Positions 1 to 8,131 of a DNA stretch of 32,000 bases are shown in pieces. This stretch comes from Candidatus Nanohalobium constans. Its GTDB lineage: Archaea; Nanohalarchaeota; Nanosalinia; Nanosalinales; Nanosalinaceae. Where the stretch lies: the NCBI RefSeq assembly GCF_009617975.1, contig NZ_CP040089.1, positions 120,001 through 152,000 on the forward strand. Direction: 5' to 3'. A program made the translations under genes and the position numbers. The notes under the pieces are model-generated. The model worked only from the letters and a program-made list of their open reading frames with translations, searched no databases and was not told the DNA's origin. Numbering within the stretch: position 1 is the stretch's first letter; every line of letters starts with the position of its first letter.

Positions 1-101
1 TCGAAGTATCGGCCGTAAAGCGTGCCTGCGTCCTTTTTTACTCCGTCAATCCTGAGTCTGTGTGGTTGATGTACTTCGAAGGAGAGGGTTACTGGTAACA
101 T
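1..101 (-). CDS. 5' end of a gene running off the window. The N-terminus is possibly glycoside hydrolase family 57-like.
   Basis: ATG at 99-101 on the minus strand, open to the window edge. Translation is MLPVTLSFEVHQPHRLRIDGVKKDAGTLYGRYF. The F-x-V-H-Q-P-x-R-L pattern is recalled from GH57 N-termini. It is absent from the ORF track because fewer than 60 aa lie in the window. Confidence 0.35.
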   Translation of the reverse strand, partial: MLPVTLSFEVHQPHRLRIDGVKKDAGTLYGRYF

Positions 102-123
102 AAGTTTGTCTTTTCAGTCGTGG

Positions 124-130
124 TTTAAAT
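124..130 (-). promoter_or_regulatory. TATA-like box (ATTTAAA on minus strand) for the partial GH57-like gene
   Basis: An A/T hexamer/heptamer matching archaeal TTTAWA lies 23-29 nt upstream of the minus-strand ATG at 101. Confidence 0.4.
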
Positions 131-148
131 CCGGCACGGTATCTAGGG

Positions 149-155
149 TTTAAAA
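149..155 (+). promoter_or_regulatory. TATA-like box (TTTAAAA) for ORF 179-418
   Basis: Lies 24-30 nt upstream of the GTG at 179. The spacing is consistent with a leaderless or near-leaderless mRNA. Confidence 0.4.
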
Positions 156-178
156 TTCAAAGATACCTAACTCAAACT

Positions 179-418
179 GTGAACTACCGAACCCAGGAAG
201 TAGAAAACGGAACACTCATCAAAGTGGAGGCCGACGAAGCAGCAGTGATAGTCAAGGAAAACGGTGAGGAAAGAATATATCTGCCTTCAACAAGCCATAA
301 TGATTCCACATACTACACATCTGACACTAAATCGCTGCAACAGTCTCAACAGGGTTTCTCAGTAGTTCACAACGGTCAACCAGATTCTATAAAGGTTTTC
401 TCAACACAGGAGAATTAG
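179..418 (+). CDS. hypothetical small protein (79 aa)
   Basis: GTG-initiated ORF with a TATA-like box at the expected distance. Its stop is 3 nt before the rhodanese gene start. No family recognised. Confidence 0.4.
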   Translation: MNYRTQEVENGTLIKVEADEAAVIVKENGEERIYLPSTSHNDSTYYTSDTKSLQQSQQGFSVVHNGQPDSIKVFSTQEN

Positions 419-421
419 AAT

Positions 422-742
422 ATGGACACAATCACAACAGAAGAACTTCAACAACTCAAAGACTCAGGAAAACCATTTAGACTCGTCGATGTACTATCCA
501 TAGACCACTTCCAGGAAGAACATATACAGGGAGCAGTCAACCTTCCGCTGAGCGATATCGCATCAGAGGCCATGGACCGATTCGACATGAATGATGAAAT
601 CATAGTGTACTGCAAAGACAAGGAATGCTCCGCAAGTCCGAAAGCTGCAGCCAAACTCGAAAGCATCGGTTTCCAGAATGTAAAAGACTACGAAGAAGGC
701 CTCAAAGGCTGGAAAAACGCAGGAAAACCTACAGAATCATAA
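422..742 (+). CDS. single-domain rhodanese-like sulfurtransferase
   Basis: 106 aa. Pattern LVDVL...HI.GA.N.P......IIVYCKDKECSAS..AA..L...GF.NV....G...W is typical of the rhodanese fold, with a candidate active-site Cys in YCKDKECS. Confidence 0.7.
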   Translation: MDTITTEELQQLKDSGKPFRLVDVLSIDHFQEEHIQGAVNLPLSDIASEAMDRFDMNDEIIVYCKDKECSASPKAAAKLESIGFQNVKDYEEGLKGWKNAGKPTES

Positions 743-1786
743 ATTCCTGTAAATCTCTATTATTTCATCTGTCATTTCTCCCCAACTCCTACTTTCTTCA
801 TCTACCACTATATCCTGTCTGAGTCCTTTCTTCAATCCTTCAGCAATAGAATCTGAATCAGGATCAATCTCAATTATAGAATCACCTGATATAAATTCGG
901 AGACGCCGTTTTCAGTCGCCAGTACGGGTGTTCCGGACTCCAATGCCTCGCTGATAGTTAGACCAAAAGGTTCGTTGATCGAAGGTGAGACAAAAAGGTC
1001 CGCACATTTGTAGTAGTCGCCAAGCTCCTCTGTAGGGATGAAGCCGGTGAAAATAGTGTTCTCATGAATATCTAGCATTTCTGCGAATTTTTCCAGGCTT
1101 TCACGCATCTCGCCGTCACCTCCGATTACTAAAGTAGCTTCTCCGCCATTTTTCAGGAACTTCTTGAAGCCGTAGATCAGGTGTTCGATTCCTTTCTGCT
1201 CCGCGTGCCGTCCAACGAAGAAAACCATGTTATCTTCGATATCCAGCTTTTCCTTGATGTCCTGTCCTTTGCCTTGGGGCTTGGAGAACCCGTTATAGAT
1301 TACCTTAGGCTTTTCTCCGTGCTCTGATTCTACTTCTTCAGCCAGTTTATTACTTACAGCTATAGCTTTGCCAGGTTTCTCGACAGCCAGTTTCTCCAGG
1401 TCTGTAACCTCTCCATCATGGTGTTCTCTGCTTCTCCCGGATGCTAAAGAATGAATAGTCGAAACCCAGCTACAGTCGCTGTACTTCTGTGCTTTGAAAC
1501 CGGCTTCTGCGCCAAACCAGTCATGTGTATGGATAATATCGAAGTCATCGGCTAATTCAGCTACTTGAGAACTCATTTCGCGGGCCTTCCAGACCATGTC
1601 ACCCTCGCCCACATCTAGGCCAACGATGTTTTCTTTCTCTGGAGCCCTATCTTGGGGTAAAGCTAGTTTTACCTCTACATCATCTCTTTTCTGAAGCTCC
1701 TCAAACAGATGCTTCACATGGATATCTAGGCCGCCATCAATGTTCGGAGGATAGCCCCACCCCAGCAAAAGGATTTTCTTATTCAT
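737..1786 (-). CDS. GT-B glycosyltransferase (group 1 / GT4-GT5 like), possibly glycogen-synthase-like
   Basis: 349 aa. N-terminal PPNIDGGLDIHVKHL (GGL-type motif) and C-terminal FVSPSINEPFGLTISEALESGTPV (E-x7-E region of group 1 glycosyltransferases). Neighbour of the GH57-like fragment. Confidence 0.8.
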   Translation of the reverse strand: MNKKILLLGWGYPPNIDGGLDIHVKHLFEELQKRDDVEVKLALPQDRAPEKENIVGLDVGEGDMVWKAREMSSQVAELADDFDIIHTHDWFGAEAGFKAQKYSDCSWVSTIHSLASGRSREHHDGEVTDLEKLAVEKPGKAIAVSNKLAEEVESEHGEKPKVIYNGFSKPQGKGQDIKEKLDIEDNMVFFVGRHAEQKGIEHLIYGFKKFLKNGGEATLVIGGDGEMRESLEKFAEMLDIHENTIFTGFIPTEELGDYYKCADLFVSPSINEPFGLTISEALESGTPVLATENGVSEFISGDSIIEIDPDSDSIAEGLKKGLRQDIVVDEESRSWGEMTDEIIEIYRNL

Positions 1787-1813
1787 TAAGAAAAGATAGA
1801 GAAAAGGAATGAT

Positions 1814-2839
1814 TTATTCGATGTGCATTTTTTCGTTTGTCATTTCGATGCTGGTTTCTTTGTCTTCCATGTCGAACATTGCTCTGATTGCGTCTACATT
1901 GTCTGGTACGACGATGCTTTCTTGGTGTACCATGTGGATCCAGCGTAGTTTGCCGTCTTCTACATCGATTGTTTCTCTCCAGACCCCTGCTTCTGGCATA
2001 TCACTTCTAGGTCGTTCCAGGTCCCGCATCATCTCATGGACTTTTCCTGTTGAGTCGTATCCTTCTCCAGCATTAATCAATCTGACTCTTGGCTGATCTT
2101 CGAACGCCTGAACAGCTTCTTCTTCCGAAATATCTTCCTCTAGATCAACTGTAACCATGTGTACATGTCCAAAGGTTACAGGTACTTTGACAGCAAGTGT
2201 AGTAATATCCAGTTCCGGCATTACTGCCTGCACATCCGGTCCGTGATGGCTTGGAACTTCTGTGACTGGAATAGTCGAGTTGATCGGTCCTCTCCCGTCT
2301 TGTGGGATGTCGCCGCCTCTTCTGACAAGATTGGCGGTTGCACTTTCTACTCCGAACCTTTCATCTACTACACTCATTGTTCTGGATAGAGAAGTTGTGT
2401 TGCATGAGACTACTTTGACAAAGTCTTCGCCTCTGGCTTCTTCATAGTTGGCGTCTGCGTTGAACTTTACTTCAGCTATGTCGTCTGACGCCCCGCCCTG
2501 GAAAACTGCTTTAACATCGTTTGGCTCGTACAGGTTCTCTTTGTTGGCTTCGTCAACTCCTGGAGGAGTACAGTCGACCACAACATCTATTTCATCTAGT
2601 TGATCTTCCAGCAATCCTTCTACATAGAATCCTTGTTCCTCCAGATTTTCTTTTCCTTCCTGGTTGGAGGCGTAAAGATGAGTTCCGTGGAGGGGTCCGT
2701 CCTCGCTGAGAACTGTTCGGAGTCCTCCTGTCTGACTGACATCTGCGATCCCATACAGCTCCATGTCGTCCTGTTTTTTGACGGCTTCCGCCACTCTCTT
2801 ACCAATTGTGCCGCAACCGGCTATTACAACTTTTACCAT
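1814..2839 (-). CDS. gap: type II (archaeal) glyceraldehyde-3-phosphate dehydrogenase
   Basis: Rossmann N-terminus MVKVVIAGCGTIGKRVAEAV and catalytic VSCNTTSLSRT motif. Start trimmed from the ORF-track 2941 to the ATG at 2839 (341 aa), which removes overlap with the upstream gene. Confidence 0.9.
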   Translation of the reverse strand: MVKVVIAGCGTIGKRVAEAVKKQDDMELYGIADVSQTGGLRTVLSEDGPLHGTHLYASNQEGKENLEEQGFYVEGLLEDQLDEIDVVVDCTPPGVDEANKENLYEPNDVKAVFQGGASDDIAEVKFNADANYEEARGEDFVKVVSCNTTSLSRTMSVVDERFGVESATANLVRRGGDIPQDGRGPINSTIPVTEVPSHHGPDVQAVMPELDITTLAVKVPVTFGHVHMVTVDLEEDISEEEAVQAFEDQPRVRLINAGEGYDSTGKVHEMMRDLERPRSDMPEAGVWRETIDVEDGKLRWIHMVHQESIVVPDNVDAIRAMFDMEDKETSIEMTNEKMHIE

Positions 2840-2885
2840 ATTACCACATATTACAGAAAGAAGAGGCTGGAATAAAAGTTTGAGG

Positions 2886-3293
2886 TCAGCTTCTGAATTC
2901 TTCAAGTCTCTCGATCTTTCCGCTACCTTTCCTTTTTCCACGGTTATGGAAGGCTCTTTCTTTTTTGTTGTCTATAACTGCTGTCCAGTCATCGCCTTCC
3001 TCTATTTCAATCTCTCCTCGGCATTCGACTCTCATTTCATGTAAACTGTGTCCCTGCCAGCCCTCTCTCTTCAGCATTTCGAAAATTTTGCATAGCCAGT
3101 CCGGTCCTGGTTCAGGTCTTTCGATGAAGAAATAACCGCCTTTAGTGATGTGAAACTCCACGCAAGTGGCTAGTCTCTTGGAGTTTTCTTCAGAATCTGG
3201 TTCACTCCAGACAGTAAAAATCTTGAAGCTGTTCCAGTCTTCGGGATACTCGTCACTTGGGTCGTCACCATATTCCAAAGTTTCAACTCTCAT
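2886..3293 (-). CDS. hypothetical acidic protein (135 aa) with basic C-terminal tail
   Basis: Intact ORF starting 3 nt after the vapC stop on the same strand. No recognisable family. Confidence 0.5.
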   Translation of the reverse strand: MRVETLEYGDDPSDEYPEDWNSFKIFTVWSEPDSEENSKRLATCVEFHITKGGYFFIERPEPGPDWLCKIFEMLKREGWQGHSLHEMRVECRGEIEIEEGDDWTAVIDNKKERAFHNRGKRKGSGKIERLEEFRS

Positions 3294-3296
3294 GCT

Positions 3297-3665
3297 TCAA
3301 AACTCTTCTACTTTTAGTTCTTCTATTCTTTTGAAGTGTTCGTCTCTTGTAAGTATTTTTTCGTTTAGGTGGCGTGCTGTTCCTGCTATTAGGTAGTCAA
3401 TTGAGCTGATAGGTTTTCCTTCGGCTGTAAGTTTTTTTCTGATTCGTGCGGCTTCTTTTTCTATGGCTGGTGTTAGTTCTGCCTGGTTTAGTTCGTTTTC
3501 AATTCTTGTTATCTCTTTTTCTGATTCTGTCCCTGAATATAGTTCATAGAGGACGCCGGGAGCTAATAGAAGTGGCTCTTTCCTTTCTTTCAGCTCTTCC
3601 AGCTTCTTTACAGCGTTACTGTCATTATTGAGGATGTCGATCAAAAAGTTGCTGTCAATAATCAT
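3297..3665 (-). CDS. vapC: PIN-domain toxin (VapC-like ribonuclease)
   Basis: MIIDSNFLID (first acidic residue), LYELY, SIDYLIAGTA, and LTRDEHF near the C-terminus match PIN/VapC conserved acidic positions. Start moved to the ATG at 3665 (122 aa), overlapping the upstream antitoxin by 11 nt. Confidence 0.8.
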   Translation of the reverse strand: MIIDSNFLIDILNNDSNAVKKLEELKERKEPLLLAPGVLYELYSGTESEKEITRIENELNQAELTPAIEKEAARIRKKLTAEGKPISSIDYLIAGTARHLNEKILTRDEHFKRIEELKVEEF

Positions 3666-3906
3666 TTCTCTTCTGAGCCTCGATATCCTCTTCATCAATC
3701 TCCTTGATATTTTCTCTAGCTTTCTCAGCTTCCTCATCGCTCCATGAGCCTGTGAGTTCCTCTAAAGTATTATAATCTCTGTCCATCTCATTTCTCAATG
3801 CTTTTCTGATGAAGTCAGACCGGTTCTTGTAGCCTGGAATCTTCTCCACAAACTTGTCCACGATGCTTTTCTCTTCGTCAGGAATGTTTACAGCAACCTT
3901 CGACAT
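3655..3906 (-). CDS. vapB: ribbon-helix-helix (CopG-like) antitoxin, VapB-like
   Basis: N-terminal KVAVNIPDEEKSIVDKFVE....NRSDFIRKALRNEM is a typical RHH beta-strand plus two helices. It lies immediately upstream of, and overlaps, the PIN gene. Confidence 0.7.
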   Translation of the reverse strand: MSKVAVNIPDEEKSIVDKFVEKIPGYKNRSDFIRKALRNEMDRDYNTLEELTGSWSDEEAEKARENIKEIDEEDIEAQKRNDY

Positions 3907-3913
3907 AACAAAT

Positions 3914-3931
3914 ATAATACAGCTGTATTAT
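3914..3931. promoter_or_regulatory. 18-bp perfect palindrome ATAATACAGCTGTATTAT, candidate RHH operator
   Basis: Exact self-complementarity read from the sequence. It lies 8 nt upstream of the vapB start codon, inside the 52-bp divergent intergenic region. Confidence 0.5.
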
Positions 3932-3938
3932 TTTAAAT
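3931..3938. promoter_or_regulatory. central TATA-like element (TTTTAAAT) shared by divergent vapB and nnrD
   Basis: Lies 25-32 nt from the vapB start (3906, minus) and 21-28 nt from the nnrD ATG (3959, plus). Confidence 0.45.
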
Positions 3939-3958
3939 CTTGTTCTCAATATGTGTCC

Positions 3959-4720
3959 ATGGAAATGGAAAGAAAACCAGAGTCACACAAAGGAGAAAAC
4001 GGGAAAGTAACAGTTATAGGAGGCAGCAAAGATTTTACTGGTGCTCCAGCCCTTTCTGCTCAGGCGGCTCTGAGGACTGGCTGTGATCTTGCAAAAATCG
4101 TTACATCTGAAGAAGTTTCCAGTGTTGTGGCGTCCTATTCTGAAAACTTGATTGTGAGGGAGTATTCTTCTGGTTATCTAGGTCTTTCCGGAGTAGAGAA
4201 CTGTATTGATGCTGTCAGGTGGTGTGATGTTTTTGTAATAGGTCCTGGACTCGGTAATCCTGACTCCGAAGCAGTCGGGGAAATACTAGAAAGGACGAAT
4301 AAAACTGCTGTAGTCGATGCAGATGCTATTAAGCCAGCGCTAGAGGCAGATTTAAGCAACGCTGTTTTGACTCCACATAGAGGAGAGGCAGAGCTGATTA
4401 AGGATGAATATGGTTCTGTAGAAAGTTTCGTTGGCGAGAATGAGGATATAGTGGTTTTAGTGAATGGTGAGACGGATAGGGTTTATTCGGATAAAGGTGT
4501 TGAAAAGGTAGACGCTGGTCATCCAGGTATGACGGTTGGAGGAACGGGCGATGTATTGACAGGGATTGTTGCTTCGCTTATCTCTCAAGATGTTTCAAAA
4601 AGAGAGGCTGCTGTCAAAGCTGCAGAAATAAACGGCGAGGCAGGCGAGGAAGCTGCTGAAGAATATGGAAATAGCTTACTGGCGACAGATATTATCGATT
4701 TAATTCCATCGGTCTTATGA
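3959..4720 (+). CDS. nnrD: ADP-dependent NAD(P)H-hydrate dehydratase (YjeF C-terminal / carbohydrate kinase family)
   Basis: HKGENGKVTVIGGSKDFTGAPALSAQAALRTGCDL, GPGLG, TPHRGE and GGTGDVLTGIVASL motifs. Start trimmed to the ATG at 3959 (253 aa). Confidence 0.85.
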   Translation: MEMERKPESHKGENGKVTVIGGSKDFTGAPALSAQAALRTGCDLAKIVTSEEVSSVVASYSENLIVREYSSGYLGLSGVENCIDAVRWCDVFVIGPGLGNPDSEAVGEILERTNKTAVVDADAIKPALEADLSNAVLTPHRGEAELIKDEYGSVESFVGENEDIVVLVNGETDRVYSDKGVEKVDAGHPGMTVGGTGDVLTGIVASLISQDVSKREAAVKAAEINGEAGEEAAEEYGNSLLATDIIDLIPSVL

Positions 4721-4726
4721 GAAAAG

Positions 4727-4732
4727 TATAAA
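4727..4732 (+). promoter_or_regulatory. TATA-like box (TATAAA) for ORF 4756-4959
   Basis: Lies 24-29 nt upstream of the ATG at 4756. Confidence 0.4.
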
Positions 4733-4755
4733 GGATTTAACGGGTAGTTTTTACT

Positions 4756-4959
4756 ATGGATGATGACTATGAACTTAGTTTGGCGGCTCTTGTAAGCACG
4801 ACTCTTGGTTTGTCTGAGGTAAGTAGTATAGGAGATAACAGTTTGGATTCACATGATCCCGCAGTTCTGGATCGCGATTATGATGGTGGTGTCACTGATG
4901 CGGAGTATGGTCAAATCAGAGCTGAGAAATACAAGAACTATTCAAGGCGTGAGATGTAG
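4756..4959 (+). CDS. hypothetical small acidic protein (67 aa)
   Basis: ATG ORF with a TATA box at leaderless spacing and acidic composition like its neighbours. No family recognised. Confidence 0.35.
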   Translation: MDDDYELSLAALVSTTLGLSEVSSIGDNSLDSHDPAVLDRDYDGGVTDAEYGQIRAEKYKNYSRREM

Positions 4960-4963
4960 TTTT

Positions 4964-5488
4964 TCATTTATCTGCTGTCCCATGAAAAGCGTTTTCCTTT
5001 TTCCAGCCGGGTTCGAATTCGTACTGTGTACCTGATTTCTTGATTGTTTCTTCAAGTTGTTTTATCTTGTCTTTAGCGCATTCTGGTACGAGGTAGCTCC
5101 ATTCGCCGCCTGAATTGACTCGTCGGCGTACCTCGGTTCCTGAGTAGATTTCTGGCTGATGCATGTTGGGTTCTGCTACTTCTACTTCGTCCTCGAATAT
5201 TTTACGGACTCTTTCATTTCCTGAGATTATTTTGTCTGCTTCTGTCTTTTCCAGAACCTCTTCTTTCCATTCTTTGTCGCTTTCACGGTCAGATACTTCA
5301 AAAATCTTGATATCAGGGAAGCATCCTCGGATAATTTCTTTCCTCTCCTCGGCAGTTAAGGGGTTGTCGTCCGTTCGGCTTTTCTCGGAGCTGCCTATTA
5401 CCAGAACCAGTTCTCCTTCGTGATTGTCCACTACATGCTTGTGGCCAAGGTGGAAAGGTTGGAATCTTCCGATAAAAGCCGAAACCAT
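4964..5488 (-). CDS. nadM: nicotinamide-nucleotide adenylyltransferase, archaeal type
   Basis: N-terminal FIGRFQPFHLGH (the (H/T)xGH nucleotidyltransferase motif in the archaeal NMNAT context). Length 174 aa. Confidence 0.85.
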   Translation of the reverse strand: MVSAFIGRFQPFHLGHKHVVDNHEGELVLVIGSSEKSRTDDNPLTAEERKEIIRGCFPDIKIFEVSDRESDKEWKEEVLEKTEADKIISGNERVRKIFEDEVEVAEPNMHQPEIYSGTEVRRRVNSGGEWSYLVPECAKDKIKQLEETIKKSGTQYEFEPGWKKENAFHGTADK

Positions 5489-5513
5489 AACTCAGAAACC
5501 GTATAGCAAACTT

Positions 5514-6107
5514 TTAATCCTGCATCTCCACATACCGAACACCACCATGACTGGTTATTTCACCATCTTTCCATTTCCTCAAGACCTGCTTGTCGTCCTC
5601 TCTAACAGGGCCAACGATCACTCCACCATCTTCAACAAAGTTAAGGGCTTCGTTAAAGTTTTCTGTGGCGCAGGAAAATAGGATCCTGTCAAACTTTCCA
5701 TCGACAGAACTAAAACCGTTTCCATGTCTTATCTCAACATTTTCTGGTATCTTAGGCCGTGAAGCCTCGGTCAGTTCTTTATTGATTTCTACGCCAATTA
5801 CTCTATCTGTTAATTGTCCTAAAATCGCTGCCTGATATCCTGAACCAGAACCTATCTCCAGAACTTTATGACTGCTCTCTAAATCCAGTAGTTCTGTTAC
5901 TTCTGCTACGATATGCGGTGCTGAGATTGTCTCGCCATTAAGAGGCAGAGGTTTATCCGAGTAGGCATCTTCTATAAAACTCTCCGGCACGAAATCTGCC
6001 CTATCAACTTTCCTGAAAGCTTGTTCCACTTTCTCAGATCTTATTCTGTCTTGCCTGATCAGGTAGTCTACTAGTTCGTCGTTCGAATTGGGCTTCCTCT
6101 GCATCAC
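5514..6107 (-). CDS. pcm: protein-L-isoaspartate O-methyltransferase
   Basis: ISAPHIVA, SAM-binding VLEIGSGSGYQAAILG, and the C-terminal pattern GG.IV.PV fit this family. GTG at 6107 or ATG at 6104; either overlaps the stop of the upstream ORF. Confidence 0.85.
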   Translation of the reverse strand: MMQRKPNSNDELVDYLIRQDRIRSEKVEQAFRKVDRADFVPESFIEDAYSDKPLPLNGETISAPHIVAEVTELLDLESSHKVLEIGSGSGYQAAILGQLTDRVIGVEINKELTEASRPKIPENVEIRHGNGFSSVDGKFDRILFSCATENFNEALNFVEDGGVIVGPVREDDKQVLRKWKDGEITSHGGVRYVEMQD

Positions 6108-6670
6108 TCAAATAATGAGTCTCCAGCCTCTAAAACATCAGTACGGTTAAGTTCAGGAAACTCTTCCAATTCGTATTCTTCCAAAAGTTCGTGACCTATA
6201 GCTGTTTTCAACTGCCAGGAAAGGTTTTCTGGCTGCTCTGATATCTGTTCTGAAATATCTGTCTTTTTCTCTGCCCATTCTTCCTGTAAATCTTCTATCT
6301 CTACTCCTTTTTGATCTGAAATCTTCTCTATAACCATTAAGCCTGTGATGGAGGCTAAAACCTGCTGCCAGACAAAGTTAACTTCTGAGTTCTCGTAGAA
6401 CCATGTCTGACCATAAATGTCCGCTGTTAGATCTTCAAGGTTTTCTTTCCAGCTGTCAACTTCGGTGTTAAAGAATATTTCTGCTGTGCTGGGGCTTAGG
6501 GCTGTTCCAGATACTCCGAATCCTTCAACCGCATCCAAACCTGTATGACCAAGAGAAAATTCTAAATCTTCATCTTTCTCCAACACATATTTGCAGCCTT
6601 CCAAGGTTTTCTCGACTGCTTGTCTAGCTTCCCGTAACTCGTGTTCTTCCGGCTTGATTGAGTAGTTCAT
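6104..6670 (-). CDS. hypothetical acidic protein (188 aa)
   Basis: Intact ATG ORF whose stop overlaps the pcm start (translational coupling). No family recognised by eye. Confidence 0.55.
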   Translation of the reverse strand: MNYSIKPEEHELREARQAVEKTLEGCKYVLEKDEDLEFSLGHTGLDAVEGFGVSGTALSPSTAEIFFNTEVDSWKENLEDLTADIYGQTWFYENSEVNFVWQQVLASITGLMVIEKISDQKGVEIEDLQEEWAEKKTDISEQISEQPENLSWQLKTAIGHELLEEYELEEFPELNRTDVLEAGDSLFE

Positions 6671-6709
6671 GGATATGCTGTTTTTTCAAGTAATTTATTC
6701 GACGAGGGT

Positions 6710-7174
6710 TCAGTATTCTCTTTCTTCCAGTTTTTCTTCATCTATGATATCTCTTACTTCTTCAATTATCTCTCCTGAAAAGACTACCCTGCCTTCGTGG
6801 TCACCCAGGAAGATCCATGAGAGATCTTTTGGGAAGATATAGAAAGTTATGAGGTCATCTCTTACCTCCAGAATTTCTTCTGGTTTTATTTCCGCAGCCT
6901 TGGAATCGTATTTTTCCTCGAATGTTTGCTGAAAGCTGGGAACATACTGTCCGCCGCTGAAAGCCACCATGAAAAGTTTCTCATCTCGTTCCTTCAGAAG
7001 TTCTGTAAACTTCTTTAATCTCTCATCGTTCTCCTTCTGCTCTCTCCAGGGAGTAGCTAAATAGCTGCCTATATTAACAGGCTCCCAGTTGTCATCAACA
7101 TCGCCAGGAATACCGAACTCTTCCTTTATTCTTTCTCTAAACCTTTCATCTTCTTTTTCGGATAGGATTCTCAT
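6710..7174 (-). CDS. hypothetical acidic protein (154 aa)
   Basis: Intact ORF whose ATG overlaps the HEPN stop in an ATGA 4-nt overlap. No family recognised. Confidence 0.55.
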   Translation of the reverse strand: MRILSEKEDERFRERIKEEFGIPGDVDDNWEPVNIGSYLATPWREQKENDERLKKFTELLKERDEKLFMVAFSGGQYVPSFQQTFEEKYDSKAAEIKPEEILEVRDDLITFYIFPKDLSWIFLGDHEGRVVFSGEIIEEVRDIIDEEKLEEREY

Positions 7175-7605
7175 TGTTGATTTTCTCTTCCATTGAATTT
7201 CTCTTTTAGTAAGGGTATCAGTTCTTTTGCGATTTTGAGGATTTTTTCTGCTTCTTTTCTCTTTATGTCTTCTCCACGGTATTTTGAGTCGTTTCTGAGT
7301 TTGCGGAACTTGTTTAATTTGTTTGTGGTGCCGTAGGGAATTTCTAGGTTTTCGAATCCGTAGATTATTGATGCTTCATGGCTGTGTGGTTTGTAGCCGT
7401 CGAGAACTAGGAAGGCGTCTAGAGCTTCTCGAACTGCTTCATAACTATCTTCCAGAATGAGGTCGGCGTTTTCTTCCGTGATATTTCTTCCTTTAACATA
7501 TCTAAGCCTTTTTTCTGCTTTCTGAATTAAGCTTCTGGCCTGAGAAGGATTGGGCTTCGTCTCTCTGACTTTTCCTTCTTCAATAAATTTCTCAAACTCT
7601 TTCAT
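7171..7605 (-). CDS. HEPN-domain protein (MNT-associated archaeal type)
   Basis: All-helical 144 aa protein with ...FRKLRNDSKYRGEDIKRKEAEKILKIAKELI (R-x4-Y followed by an EA-rich helix), as recalled for HEPN partners of minimal nucleotidyltransferases. Begins 1 nt after the MNT stop. Confidence 0.65.
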   Translation of the reverse strand: MKEFEKFIEEGKVRETKPNPSQARSLIQKAEKRLRYVKGRNITEENADLILEDSYEAVREALDAFLVLDGYKPHSHEASIIYGFENLEIPYGTTNKLNKFRKLRNDSKYRGEDIKRKEAEKILKIAKELIPLLKEKFNGRENQQ

Positions 7606-7606
7606 T

Positions 7607-8131
7607 TTAAATCAGTTCTGCGAATCCTTTTAGTGTCTTGCCGTTGGCAAGGCTGTTTCTGAAGTTTTTGTCGGAATCTTTAGGATTTTCTATAAACTGT
7701 AACTCTATTTTTCTCTCTAAATCTTTCTCAAACTCTTTCAAGTTTACTTCTTTTTCTCTTCCGTTGATTATAGCTATGTCTATGTCTGAGTCTTTCCTGT
7801 CATTTCCTTGCTCGTAGGATCCGAATAAGATTATTGCTTCCGGTCTCAGCTCTTTATCTAGGTTTTCCACTATGCCTGATTCCTTGATCTCTCCTAGGTT
7901 GTAGACTTCTTTCAACTCTTGGAAGTTCTCCCCGGTCGTTATTTTGTTCGAAGCTTTCTCTTCCTTAATTTCCAAGAACTTCTTGTCTGAGAGCAGGTCT
8001 ATATTTTTTGATATCCATGCCGGCGAGATATCTGTCCTTCGCGATAGCTCTCTTGCAGATATTTCTAGTTCTGGATCTTGAAAAAACTGTCGCAGGATTT
8101 TCTGATGCCGGGTGTTTAACTCAGCAAACAT
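7607..8131 (-). CDS. nucleotidyltransferase (MNT) with N-terminal winged-helix DNA-binding domain
   Basis: ILFGSYEQGNDRKDSDIDIAII matches the GS-x(9-10)-SD-x-D Pol-beta-fold NTase motif. The N-terminal ARELSRRTDISPAWISKNIDLL is HTH-like. Confidence 0.8.
   Translation of the reverse strand: MFAELNTRHQKILRQFFQDPELEISARELSRRTDISPAWISKNIDLLSDKKFLEIKEEKASNKITTGENFQELKEVYNLGEIKESGIVENLDKELRPEAIILFGSYEQGNDRKDSDIDIAIINGREKEVNLKEFEKDLERKIELQFIENPKDSDKNFRNSLANGKTLKGFAELI

Noticed and set aside
590-620. C/D-box-like strings inside coding regions, e.g. ATGATGA + 12 nt + CTGC at about 593, and CTGATGA + 13 nt + CTGA on the minus strand near 19505
   Set aside because: They lie within well-supported CDSs. 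They also lack a matching second box pair and terminal stem, or have a wrong D box. Chance matches are expected in GA-rich coding sequence.
2840-2941. N-terminal extensions of the GAPDH ORF (to 2941), the PIN ORF (3666-3737) and the nnrD ORF (3854-3958)
   Set aside because: Internal ATGs give canonical N-termini (MVKVVIAGCG, MIIDSNF, MEMERKPESHKG). The extensions overlap neighbouring genes or promoters.
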